A stretch of 64,000 nt of DNA from Acidimicrobiales bacterium. Its GTDB lineage: Bacteria; Actinomycetota; Acidimicrobiia; Acidimicrobiales; SZUA-35. A program made the translations under genes and the position numbers. The notes under the pieces are model-generated. The model had not been told where the DNA came from and made no database searches. It saw nothing but the letters and a program-made list of their open reading frames with translations. Positions 33,599-41,661 of this stretch are shown in pieces. Location: the NCBI GenBank assembly GCA_041394285.1, contig JAWKIL010000003.1:24534-88533 (forward strand). The letters run 5' to 3'. How positions within the stretch are numbered: the first letter of the stretch is position 1; each line of letters begins with the position of its first letter.

Positions 33599-34402
33599 TC
33601 AGTCCTCGTCCCAGCCCTTGGCCATGAGAAACCCCCGGGCCCGCTCGGTGAGCGGGTAGGCGTTCACCAGCTCCCAGAACCGCACCGAATGGGCCGCTTC
33701 CACAAGGTGGGCCAGCTCGTGCACGATCACGTAGTCGATCACCCAGGCCGGGAAGCCCGACATCCGATCGGAGAGCCGGATCGTGCCGTCGGCCGGGGTG
33801 CACGAACCCCAGCGGTGCTGCTGGTTCCCGACCCAGCGGATGGAGGCCGGCGTCGGCAGGCCGTGGCGGGCCGCCAGCTCGGCCGCCCGCTGCGACAGGT
33901 CCACGTCGTCGGCCACCCGCATCCGCTCGAACTTGGCCCGGAAGTGCCGCACCAGCTCGGCCTCCTCGGCCCGGCTGCACCGGGCGGGGATCCGGATCTC
34001 CAACCGGCCGCCGTGGAGGCGGGCCTGCGCCGTCTTGCGCCGGTTGGCGCTGCGGATCACCTCCACCACCAGCTCGCTGCGGGGCGCCGGGGCCGGGGCC
34101 CAGGTGCTGGCATCGGCCGACGTGGACGCAGCCGACGTGGACGCAGCCGACGAGCCGCTGGGGCCGCCCGGCCGTCGGGAGCCGCGGTCGGGCCCCGCCG
34201 GCCGGGCCTTGGGGAGCTGGGCCGGCACCGGCTTGGGAGCGCGACGGGGCGCCACGGTGGGAGCCGGGGGCACGCCGGGAGGTGGGGTGGACCCGGCCGG
34301 CCCCCGCATGGGCTCCGCCGTGGAATCGATGATGGGAGATCGGACCTCGAATGAGGTGCCGTCGAAGGTGAGCTGACCAGGGATGGTCTCGGCTCGGTTC
34401 AA
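33599..34402 (-). CDS. M48/DUF45-family (YgjP-like) zinc metallopeptidase
   Basis: ORF 33599..34939 trimmed to TTG 34402 (GGAGGA 5 nt upstream; TTGA overlap with the upstream stop). It has the WGSC...I.L. pattern and an HELAHL zinc motif. The N-terminal half is Pro/Ala/Ser-rich. Confidence 0.75.
   Translation of the reverse strand: MNRAETIPGQLTFDGTSFEVRSPIIDSTAEPMRGPAGSTPPPGVPPAPTVAPRRAPKPVPAQLPKARPAGPDRGSRRPGGPSGSSAASTSAASTSADASTWAPAPAPRSELVVEVIRSANRRKTAQARLHGGRLEIRIPARCSRAEEAELVRHFRAKFERMRVADDVDLSQRAAELAARHGLPTPASIRWVGNQQHRWGSCTPADGTIRLSDRMSGFPAWVIDYVIVHELAHLVEAAHSVRFWELVNAYPLTERARGFLMAKGWDED
34116..34145. repeat. 15-bp tandem duplication (gccgacgtggacgca x2) within the DUF45 CDS
   Basis: Read directly. 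It encodes SAASTSAASTS on the minus strand. Confidence 0.9.
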
Positions 34403-35013
34403 ACTCGTCCTCCGGTGCCGCCAGTGGATGACTCGGGTGGGATCAGCTCGAGCCGGTCGCCCGCCACCAGCTGCCCGCCGACATGATGCATCAGGCGGCC
34501 GTGCAGATTGGGGATGCGTCCGTCGTTGACGCGAAGGTGCTGCTCCAGGGCCAGGATCAGGCCCCCGTGACTGACCAGGAGCAGGTCGGCCCCGGCCCAG
34601 GCGGCGATGATCATCTCCAGCGCGGCCAGGGTGCGGGCGAGCAGCGGCTCGTCGTGCTCCCAGCCGTAGGGCCGTTGATCGGAGTCGATCCAGCCCGGCC
34701 ACCGCTCCTCGATCTCGGAGGTGGTGAGCCCCGACCACTCGCCGGCGCTCCGCTCCCGGAGATCCTCCACCACCTGTACCGGTCCCACACCGAGCTGGGC
34801 CCCGATGATGGCCGCCGTCTCCAGCGCCCGGATCTGGGGCGACGACACGATCACGTCCACGTTGCCCAGGAAGCGGGAGGCGATCAGGGCCTGCTCCCGC
34901 CCGTGCTCCGACAGGGGCGGATCGGCCTGGCCCTGCCACCGGCGCTCGCTGTTCCAGGTGGACTGGCCGTGCCGCACCAGCAGCAGGGTCGTCCGCTCGC
35001 CCTCGTTGGTCAT
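34399..35013 (-). CDS. histidine phosphatase family protein (phosphoglycerate-mutase-like)
   Basis: Trimmed to ATG 35013. It has the LVRHGQSTWN catalytic RHG motif and a later SHGG. Confidence 0.88.
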   Translation of the reverse strand: MTNEGERTTLLLVRHGQSTWNSERRWQGQADPPLSEHGREQALIASRFLGNVDVIVSSPQIRALETAAIIGAQLGVGPVQVVEDLRERSAGEWSGLTTSEIEERWPGWIDSDQRPYGWEHDEPLLARTLAALEMIIAAWAGADLLLVSHGGLILALEQHLRVNDGRIPNLHGRLMHHVGGQLVAGDRLELIPPESSTGGTGGRV

Positions 35014-35105
35014 TCCGCCGACGCTACCGTCCCGGCCGGGGTTGAGGCCCCCGACCCGGCCCTCCCGAGGGAGGTTGCGCCGAGCACGCGTGGCACACTG
35101 GCACG

Positions 35106-35345
35106 GTGGTGACGCTTCGACTGTTCGCCCAAGCACGGGAGGCGGCCGGGACCCGGAGCGCCGAGCTGCCCGGCGACACGGTGGGTGACGTGCTCGACGA
35201 GGCCTGTCACCGGTTCGGGTCCACCTTTGCCGCCGTGCTCGACGGATCGAAGGTATGGCTCAATGGTGCACCAGTGGATCGGACGCAACCGGTGACAGCG
35301 GGCGACGAGGTCGCCGTGCTGCCCCCGGTGTCAGGGGGAGCATGA
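35106..35345 (+). CDS. MoaD/ThiS-family sulfur-carrier-like protein
   Basis: 79 aa with the beta-grasp pattern (LFAQAREAAG..., GDEVAVLPPVSGG). It ends GG-Ala. Confidence 0.8.
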   Translation: MVTLRLFAQAREAAGTRSAELPGDTVGDVLDEACHRFGSTFAAVLDGSKVWLNGAPVDRTQPVTAGDEVAVLPPVSGGA

Positions 35346-36478
35346 CGCAGCTCGGGCAGTGGGACGATCCGTACAACGACCGGTCGGGCGGCTACCCGCA
35401 GGACTACGGGCGCGGCCAGGACGGCTACGGCCGGAGCCAGCCGGCGCCCTACCCCCAGGAATACGGCCGGGGCCCCGACGGCTATGCCGCACCCCCGCCG
35501 GTACGCCGGCAGAACCGGCCGGCGCCCGTCCGGGGTGAGCGCCAGGGGCGGGGCGGGCGCGGCCCGTCACCGTCCCGCCGTCCCGGTCCGCCCCCGGTGG
35601 GCCACCAGGGCGGCGCCGCCGGCCTGCAGGCCCAGCGGGAGCCCACCGGCCGCCGGGGCCGGAGGTCGACGGAATCCCGTCGCCGGGCCCAGGCCCGCGA
35701 GATGCGGTGGCACGCCAACCGGCTCGCCGTCCCCTACTACACCGACGGCCCGAAGATCACCTTCGGTCTGGTGTGGTTCGCGGCCGTGGCCGGCACCGCG
35801 TTCCTGTCGACCTGGGGCCTGGCCGTGGTGGCCGCCGGGGTCGCCGGGCTGGCCGGCCTCCAGGCCGGCGCCGCCTGGTTCCCCCAGTTCAGCCCGACCA
35901 AATGGTGGACCGCCGGCGCTGCCTTCGTGGTGGGCGTGAGCGGGGTGATCGGCCCGCTCGGCCTGGTGGCGGGGGCCGGCATGGGCATGGTCCTCCTGCT
36001 GGCCTACATCGCCCTCAACCCGGTCCATGCCCGCAGCACGGGTGAGATGCTCGATGTGCTGGTGCGCTCGTCGCTCCCGGCCGGCATCGCCGCCGGGTCG
36101 CTGGTGGCCCTGCGGGATGTGTCGCCGGGCGCCATCCTGTTGTTGATCGCCCTGGTCAGCGCGTACGAGGCGGGCGACTTCCTGATCGGGTCGGGCTCCT
36201 CGAACGCGGTGGAAGGGCCCGTCTCGGGCCTGGTGGCGCTGGGCGTGGTGGCCTTCGTGTTCTGGATCGTGCCCCCCCGCCCCTTCACCACCACCAGCGT
36301 GCTCCTGTTCGCCGCCCTGGCCGGGGTCTGCTGCCCGCTGGGCCAGATCGTGGCCGCCGGGCTGCTCCCCCGGGGCAGCGCCTGGGCTCCCGCCCTGCGC
36401 CGCATCGACTCCTACCTCCTGGCCGCCCCCCTGTGGTTGGTGCTGCTGTGGAGCGTGTCGGGCACCAGCACCCTCTGA
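35342..36478 (+). CDS. membrane protein, divergent phosphatidate cytidylyltransferase (CdsA)-like, with a disordered Tyr/Gly/Arg-rich N-terminus
   Basis: ATG 35342 forms an ATGA overlap with the moaD-like stop. It has about 110 aa of low complexity with an internal repeat (YPQ[DE]YGRG.DGY), then about 8 TM helices ending in LRRIDSYLLAAPLW (CTP_transf_1-like tail). The canonical HGG..DR.DS motif is not intact. Confidence 0.55.
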   Translation: MTQLGQWDDPYNDRSGGYPQDYGRGQDGYGRSQPAPYPQEYGRGPDGYAAPPPVRRQNRPAPVRGERQGRGGRGPSPSRRPGPPPVGHQGGAAGLQAQREPTGRRGRRSTESRRRAQAREMRWHANRLAVPYYTDGPKITFGLVWFAAVAGTAFLSTWGLAVVAAGVAGLAGLQAGAAWFPQFSPTKWWTAGAAFVVGVSGVIGPLGLVAGAGMGMVLLLAYIALNPVHARSTGEMLDVLVRSSLPAGIAAGSLVALRDVSPGAILLLIALVSAYEAGDFLIGSGSSNAVEGPVSGLVALGVVAFVFWIVPPRPFTTTSVLLFAALAGVCCPLGQIVAAGLLPRGSAWAPALRRIDSYLLAAPLWLVLLWSVSGTSTL

Positions 36479-36527
36479 GCCGGCACCCGCTGGGCCAGCA
36501 CGCTCTCGGCCCGGCCCAGCGGTACGA

Positions 36528-37079
36528 TTGGCAGCCGTGCACGACGACCTCCAGCGCCTCCTGGCCAAAGACCTCCTGCCCGACATCACCGCAGTGCCGC
36601 TGGAGGATCTGCGCCACCTGCGGGTGGAGTGCAGCGAAGCCGAGGGAGACGTGTCGTTCGTCCGCCGGGTGGCCCAGGGTCGGCTCGACATCGTGGGTCA
36701 CGAGGTGCGCCGCCGCTCCGGCGCCCACGATGCCGCCCCGTCCGATACCGGCCTCCTGTTCGACCTGCCCGACATCCTGACCCTGGGAGCCAGCTCAAAC
36801 AGCCCGGGCGGGGGTCGGATGCTGGCCATCCACGAGCCCGGCGTGCTGGCCCAGGCCCTGATGGCCAACCTCGATACGGCGGCCTCCCCGTCGGAGCTCA
36901 CCAGCCTCGGCCAGGTGGGCGACGACCACCTGCAGTCGCTCCTGGAGGGCCTCCGCAGCTTCGAGGTGGACCTGTCCACCCACCGCCGCCGGCTCCACGA
37001 ACGGATCGACTCCATCCAGGGCGAGATCGCCCGCCGCTATCGCGATGGGGAAGCGTCCATAGATTCGTTGTTGAATTGA
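36528..37079 (+). CDS. rsiG: RsiG-like protein (candidate c-di-GMP-binding anti-sigma factor)
   Basis: 183 aa and helical. Residues 39-54 (EGDVSFVRRVAQGRLD) match E(X)3S(X)2R(X)3Q(X)3D exactly. Residues 146-161 (EVDLSTHRRRLHERID) match it with Q replaced by H. Confidence 0.65.
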   Translation: MAAVHDDLQRLLAKDLLPDITAVPLEDLRHLRVECSEAEGDVSFVRRVAQGRLDIVGHEVRRRSGAHDAAPSDTGLLFDLPDILTLGASSNSPGGGRMLAIHEPGVLAQALMANLDTAASPSELTSLGQVGDDHLQSLLEGLRSFEVDLSTHRRRLHERIDSIQGEIARRYRDGEASIDSLLN

Positions 37080-37083
37080 TGCG

Positions 37084-37662
37084 ATGACCGAGCAGCGGCG
37101 GGACATCGGCCGGTTCATACGCGAGCAACGCAAGCTGGCCGAGCTGTCGGTTCGGCGCCTGGCCGACATGGCCGGCGTCTCCAATCCCTACCTGAGCCAG
37201 ATCGAGCGCGGGCTGCGCAAGCCGTCGGCCGAGATCCTCCAGCAGCTGGCCCGGGCGCTCGAGCTGTCGGCCGAAACCATGTACGTGCAGGCCGGGATCC
37301 TCGACGCCGAGCACCGGCCCGAGCCCCCCACGCTCGAAGCGGCCATCCGCAGCGCCCCCGAGCTGACCGACGATCAGCGCAAGGCCCTTCTCGGTGTCTA
37401 CCGGTCGTTCCTGGCCGCCAACGCCCCCGTGGTCGACGGCGACGACCCGCTGGTCGACACCCAGCCGGAGCAGACCGCACCCGAGCAGACTCCGCCCGAC
37501 GGCGGCCCAGGCGGCGCTGGCCCCTCACCGGCCACGGCGAGGGCCAACGGCCGGGTCGGGGGCCGGGTCAACGGCGCCGCCGCCCCCTCCGCCAGCTCAG
37601 AGCCCGGCCCCACGGGCCCCACGCCCCCCGACGAGGCGGGCACCGGGGCCGGCCCCCGGTGA
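37084..37662 (+). CDS. XRE-family helix-turn-helix transcriptional regulator
   Basis: It has an HTH_3 motif (LSVRRLADMAGVSNPYLSQIERGLRKPS) and a Pro/Gly/Ala-rich C-terminal tail. Confidence 0.85.
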   Translation: MTEQRRDIGRFIREQRKLAELSVRRLADMAGVSNPYLSQIERGLRKPSAEILQQLARALELSAETMYVQAGILDAEHRPEPPTLEAAIRSAPELTDDQRKALLGVYRSFLAANAPVVDGDDPLVDTQPEQTAPEQTPPDGGPGGAGPSPATARANGRVGGRVNGAAAPSASSEPGPTGPTPPDEAGTGAGPR

Positions 37663-38933
37663 ACGGATCGGGGCGGGGCGCAGCCGGCCCCCACGACGGC
37701 GTCGACCTGCGGGCCGGTACCGGGCGGTGCCGGGTGGCGGTGCTGTCGCTGCACACCTCACCCCTGGCCCAGCCGGGCGAGGGCGACAGCGGGGGCATGA
37801 ACGTCTACGTGCGCGAGTTCGCGTCGGCCCTGGCCGAGGCCGGGGTGGAGTGCCGGGTCTACGTCCGCCGGTGGCGCCACGACCTGCCGGCCGTGGTGGC
37901 GGTGGAGCCCGGGTTCACCGTGGTCCACGTGCCGGCCGGCCCGGTCGACGTGCCCAAGGAGGAGCTGGAGCCCCTGGTGGGGGCGTTCGCCGAGTGGGTG
38001 GCCCGGGACCTGCGCAGCTTCCGCCCCGACGTGATCCACGCCAACTACTGGCTGTCGGGTGTGGCCGGCAAGCAGCTCAAACAGGAGCTGGGGCTCCCCC
38101 TCGTCACCACGTTCCACACCCTGGCCCGGGTGAAAGCGGTGCTGGGCGACCCCGAGCCGGAGCACCGGGCCCGGGCCGAGGCCGAGGTGATGGCCTGCGC
38201 CGACCTGGTGCTGGCCAACTGCACGGCCGAGGCCGAGCAGCTCGTCCACTACTACGGGGCCGAGGCGGACCGGATCGAGATCGTGCCCCCGGGGGTCGAC
38301 CACGCCTTCTTCTCCCCCGGCAGCCAGGCCGGGGCCCGCTGGGCCCTGCAGACCGACACCAGCCCGATCCTGCTGTTCGTGGGGCGCATCCAGCCCCTCA
38401 AGGGGGTCGATGTGGCGGTCGAGGCCCTGGCCCGCCTGGAGCGACCCGATGCCCGGCTGTGGATCGTCGGCGGCGCCAGCGGCACCGGCGGCGGGGGAGC
38501 GGTGGACCGGGTTCGGAACCTGCTCACCCGCCACGACCTGGCCCACCGGGTGCGGTTCATCCCACCCCAGCCCCACCACATTCTCGCCACCTACTACCGG
38601 GCGGCCGACGTGTGCGTGGTGCCCAGCCGCTCCGAGTCGTTCGGGCTGGTGGCCCTGGAGGCGGCGGCATGCGGGGTGCCGACGGTGGCGGCCGATGTCG
38701 GCGGTCTGTCCACCCTGGTGGAGCACGGGGTCACCGGCTACCTCATCGACAGCCGCGATCCCGACGAGTACGCCGCCTACATCGACACGATCCTGGCCGA
38801 TCCGGTGTTGGGCCGCCGCCTGGCCGTGTCGGCCGCCGCCCGGGGCCGCACCTACACCTGGAGCAACTCGGCGGCCCGGCTACGGCGCCTCTACCAGGAC
38901 CTCGGCTCCCGCGCCCTGGCGCCCTGTGAGTGA
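37659..38933 (+). CDS. mshA: D-inositol-3-phosphate glycosyltransferase (mycothiol biosynthesis)
   Basis: GT4 fold with the MshA signature SLHTSPLAQPGEGDSGGMNVYV and a C-terminal ESFGLVALEA. A GTGA overlap links it to the upstream stop; the true start may be slightly downstream. Confidence 0.9.
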   Translation: MNGSGRGAAGPHDGVDLRAGTGRCRVAVLSLHTSPLAQPGEGDSGGMNVYVREFASALAEAGVECRVYVRRWRHDLPAVVAVEPGFTVVHVPAGPVDVPKEELEPLVGAFAEWVARDLRSFRPDVIHANYWLSGVAGKQLKQELGLPLVTTFHTLARVKAVLGDPEPEHRARAEAEVMACADLVLANCTAEAEQLVHYYGAEADRIEIVPPGVDHAFFSPGSQAGARWALQTDTSPILLFVGRIQPLKGVDVAVEALARLERPDARLWIVGGASGTGGGGAVDRVRNLLTRHDLAHRVRFIPPQPHHILATYYRAADVCVVPSRSESFGLVALEAAACGVPTVAADVGGLSTLVEHGVTGYLIDSRDPDEYAAYIDTILADPVLGRRLAVSAAARGRTYTWSNSAARLRRLYQDLGSRALAPCE

Positions 38934-38960
38934 GGGCCCGTCGCGGGGAAGGATCACACG

Positions 38961-39422
38961 ATGACCATTCCGGTGGACCCCAACACGCTCGACGGGCTGG
39001 AAGCCGTCATCGACACCTGGCTGGCCGGTGAGCTGGCCGGGAATCCGGCGGTGCTGGCCGTCGACGGCGGCGTGGACGGGCCCCGCACCTGGTTCGTACG
39101 CATGGAAGGGGAGGAGCGGGGGGTGTTCACCGTCCGCTTCTGGCTCCGCCAGCGCACGCTGCGCTACGAGACCTACGTGATGCCGGCTCCGGAGGAGAAC
39201 CACGGCCAGCTCTACGAGCACCTCCTGCGGCGCAACGCCCGCCTGTACGGGGCGTCGTTCGCCATCGGCGACGAGGACGCCGTCTACCTGATGGGCCAGC
39301 TCGACAACGCCCTCGTCGGCCCCGAGGAGCTCGACCGGGTGCTGGGCTCGATCTACGCCTGGGTGGAGCAGTACTTCCGTCCGGCCATGCGCATCGGGTT
39401 CGCCTCGAAGTTCCGGGGCTGA
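38961..39422 (+). CDS. YbjN-domain protein
   Basis: 153 aa. The YbjN-like pattern and the position directly after mshA match other actinobacteria (Rv0487-like context). Confidence 0.7.
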   Translation: MTIPVDPNTLDGLEAVIDTWLAGELAGNPAVLAVDGGVDGPRTWFVRMEGEERGVFTVRFWLRQRTLRYETYVMPAPEENHGQLYEHLLRRNARLYGASFAIGDEDAVYLMGQLDNALVGPEELDRVLGSIYAWVEQYFRPAMRIGFASKFRG

Positions 39423-39445
39423 GCGGCCCGCACGAAACCTGCGAA

Positions 39446-39486
39446 CTGTGGCGCCAGCGCGCAACATACAGCACCTGGCGCCACAG
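39446..39486. terminator. bidirectional terminator hairpin
   Basis: A perfect 12-bp stem (ctgtggcgccag / ctggcgccacag) with a 17-nt loop, between convergent genes. Confidence 0.65.
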
Positions 39487-39525
39487 ATCGCCAGGGTTGC
39501 GAGGGCCCCCGTCAGCCAAGGGGTG

Positions 39526-40239
39526 TCAGGGGGTGTCGACGCCCTTGACCACGGCGGTGAGGCGGTCGGTGGCGGCCGTCAGCTCCTCCAGGGGCGAGGC
39601 TTGGAGATGTCGGCGCTGAGCCTCCCGGAGGCGGCCGGCGGCGGCCGCCAGGTCGGCCAGTTGGGCCACGATCCGGGTGGCGGTGGCCTCCAGCTCGGGA
39701 TCGTGACCTCCGGCGCCGGGTGAGCGCACGGCCGACTGGACGGCCGAGGTGTGCAGGGCCACCACGTAGCCGTGGGCGGTGATGGCCAGGTGGTCGAGGT
39801 GTTCGGCCACCGGCCCCACGGGGGCCCGGTCGGCCAGGCGGCGCAGGGCGTCGGCTTCGGCTGCCGCCCCGGCGATGAGGCGGGCCAGGCGGGGATCGAG
39901 CTCCCATACCGGCAGGCGGCCCGGGTGGCGGGCCCGGTGCCAGTACCAGCCCAGGGGGGCCATACCGGCGCCGGCGGCCGCCAGCAGGGCCAGCCAGCCG
40001 GTCACGGTTCCGGCCAGCCCGGCCAGGCTCAGGCCGACGGCGGCCACGAACGTGGTGCCGAGCACGGAGGCCAGGCAGCGGGTGAGGATCGCCACCCGCT
40101 CCTCGCCGGGTTCCTGGGTGAGCACCTCGATGGCGGCGGAGCGACGCGGGCGCAGACGCCCCCGATGGGCGGCTGTGGCTCTTCGTGCGGCGCGCTCGAC
40201 ATCCACCGGCGGCTCTCCTCCGGCCTCGTTGGCTCCCAT
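39526..40239 (-). CDS. hypothetical membrane protein
   Basis: ORF 39526..40293 trimmed to ATG 40239. It has two predicted TM helices (VLGTTFVAAVGLSLAGLAG / WLALLAAAGAGMAPLGW) and a helical C-terminal domain. Confidence 0.5.
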   Translation of the reverse strand: MGANEAGGEPPVDVERAARRATAAHRGRLRPRRSAAIEVLTQEPGEERVAILTRCLASVLGTTFVAAVGLSLAGLAGTVTGWLALLAAAGAGMAPLGWYWHRARHPGRLPVWELDPRLARLIAGAAAEADALRRLADRAPVGPVAEHLDHLAITAHGYVVALHTSAVQSAVRSPGAGGHDPELEATATRIVAQLADLAAAAGRLREAQRRHLQASPLEELTAATDRLTAVVKGVDTP

Positions 40240-40240
40240 C

Positions 40241-40312
40241 CTAGGGGCACCCTTCGGGTTCCCAGGGTTCGTTTCACTAACACCTAGGGGCACCTAGGGG
40301 CACCGAGGGGTG
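40241..40312. repeat. four copies of a 10-bp CTAG-containing motif (ctaggggcac; the last is degenerate, cgaggggtga) in a divergent promoter region
   Basis: One copy at 40241-40250, then a tandem set (cacctaggggcacctaggggcaccgaggggtgacacc) at about 40281-40317. Confidence 0.85.
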
Positions 40313-40363
40313 ACACCGGGCCGCCTGGGGGTGGCCGGCCGGCAGGGGGTACCGTCTGAGCCC

Positions 40364-41533
40364 GTGACTGAAGCGAACGACCAGCAACCGGCACCGGACG
40401 GCACCGAGCGGCGGGGCCCGCTGGCCGACCTGCGGGTGCTCGACCTGTCCACCGTGCTCGCCGGGCCCAACTGCGCCCGCCACCTGGCCGACTTCGGGGC
40501 CGACGTGATCAAGGTGGAGCGCCCGGGCACGGGCGACTCGTCCCGCACGCTCGGCTGGCGCGACCCGGCCGACGGGATGACCTACTTCTTCAAGCTGGCC
40601 AACCGGAACAAGCGGTTCATCACGCTCGACCTGACCGCCCCCGACGGCCGTGACCAGCTGCTACGTCTGGTGGAGACGTCGCACATCGTGGTGGAGAACA
40701 TGCGGCCGGGCAAGCTGGAGGCCCTCGGCCTGGGGCCCGACGTGCTCCTCGCCCGCAACCCCAAGCTGGCCATCGTCCGGGTCACCGCCTTCGGCCAGAC
40801 CGGCCCCTACCGGGACCGCCCCGGCTTCGCCACCCTGGCCGAGGCCATGTCGGGCTTCGCTGCCCTCAACGGCTCGGCCGACGGGCCGCCGACCCTGCCC
40901 CCGGTGGCCCTCACCGACGAGGTCACGGCCTACTCGGCCGCCTTCGCCGCCCTGGTGGCCGTCCACTCCGGCGTGGGCCAGGTGGTGGACGTCAACCTGA
41001 TCGAGAGCGTGCTGCAGATCATGGGGCCGTTGCCGTCGCTGTGGTTCCAGGAGGGCCAGATGCAGCCCCGCCTCGGATCCGGCATCCCCTATTCGGTGCC
41101 CCGGGGGGCCTACCGCACCAGCGACGGCCAGTGGATCGCGGTGTCGACGTCGGCCGAGTCGGTGGCGGCCCGGGTCATGAACATGATCGGGCTCGGCGGC
41201 GACCCCCGGGTGGCCGACGGCGCCAGCCGCATGGCCAACCGCCTCCTGATCGAGGACGCCATGGTGGCCTGGACGGCGGAGCGGACGCTGGCCGAGGCCC
41301 TGGCCGAGTTCGAGGCGGCCGACGCCGCAGCGGCCGAGGTGTACGACATGGCCGCCCTGGCCGCCGACCCCCACGCCGTGGAGCGGGGCATCTTCGTGGA
41401 GGCCGAGGGGTTCCGCATGCAGGGTCTGGCCGCCCGCCTGTCGGCCACGCCCGGCGCCGTCCGCTGGCCCGGCCGCCGGTTGGGGCACGACAACGAGGCC
41501 ATCCTCGGCGCCCTGCCGCTCAGCGGACTCTGA
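40364..41533 (+). CDS. family III CoA-transferase (CaiB/BaiF-type)
   Basis: LADLRVLDLSTVLAGPNCARHLADFGADVIKVERPGTGD is the typical N-terminal signature. Start set at GTG 40364 within ORF 40310..41533. Confidence 0.88.
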   Translation: MTEANDQQPAPDGTERRGPLADLRVLDLSTVLAGPNCARHLADFGADVIKVERPGTGDSSRTLGWRDPADGMTYFFKLANRNKRFITLDLTAPDGRDQLLRLVETSHIVVENMRPGKLEALGLGPDVLLARNPKLAIVRVTAFGQTGPYRDRPGFATLAEAMSGFAALNGSADGPPTLPPVALTDEVTAYSAAFAALVAVHSGVGQVVDVNLIESVLQIMGPLPSLWFQEGQMQPRLGSGIPYSVPRGAYRTSDGQWIAVSTSAESVAARVMNMIGLGGDPRVADGASRMANRLLIEDAMVAWTAERTLAEALAEFEAADAAAAEVYDMAALAADPHAVERGIFVEAEGFRMQGLAARLSATPGAVRWPGRRLGHDNEAILGALPLSGL

Positions 41534-41572
41534 CCTCAGGACGCCTCTGGCGGGACGCCACGTCAGAGTTCT
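41524..41572. repeat. REP-like 49-bp palindromic element, copy A
   Basis: Arms are cggactctgac / gtcagagttct around a 27-nt spacer that ends in gggacgccac. The left arm contains the CoA-transferase stop codon. Confidence 0.85.
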
Positions 41573-41595
41573 GGGCTCGGGTCCGCCACCCTCCT

Positions 41596-41644
41596 GGATC
41601 TCTGACACCAGGACGCTGTTGGCGGGACGCCACGTCAGAGTTCC
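41596..41644. repeat. REP-like 49-bp palindromic element, copy B
   Basis: Arms are ggatctctgac / gtcagagttcc (10/11 bp). The 27-nt spacer is highly similar to that of copy A. Confidence 0.85.
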
Positions 41645-41661
41645 GGTGTCCGGGGCCGAGG

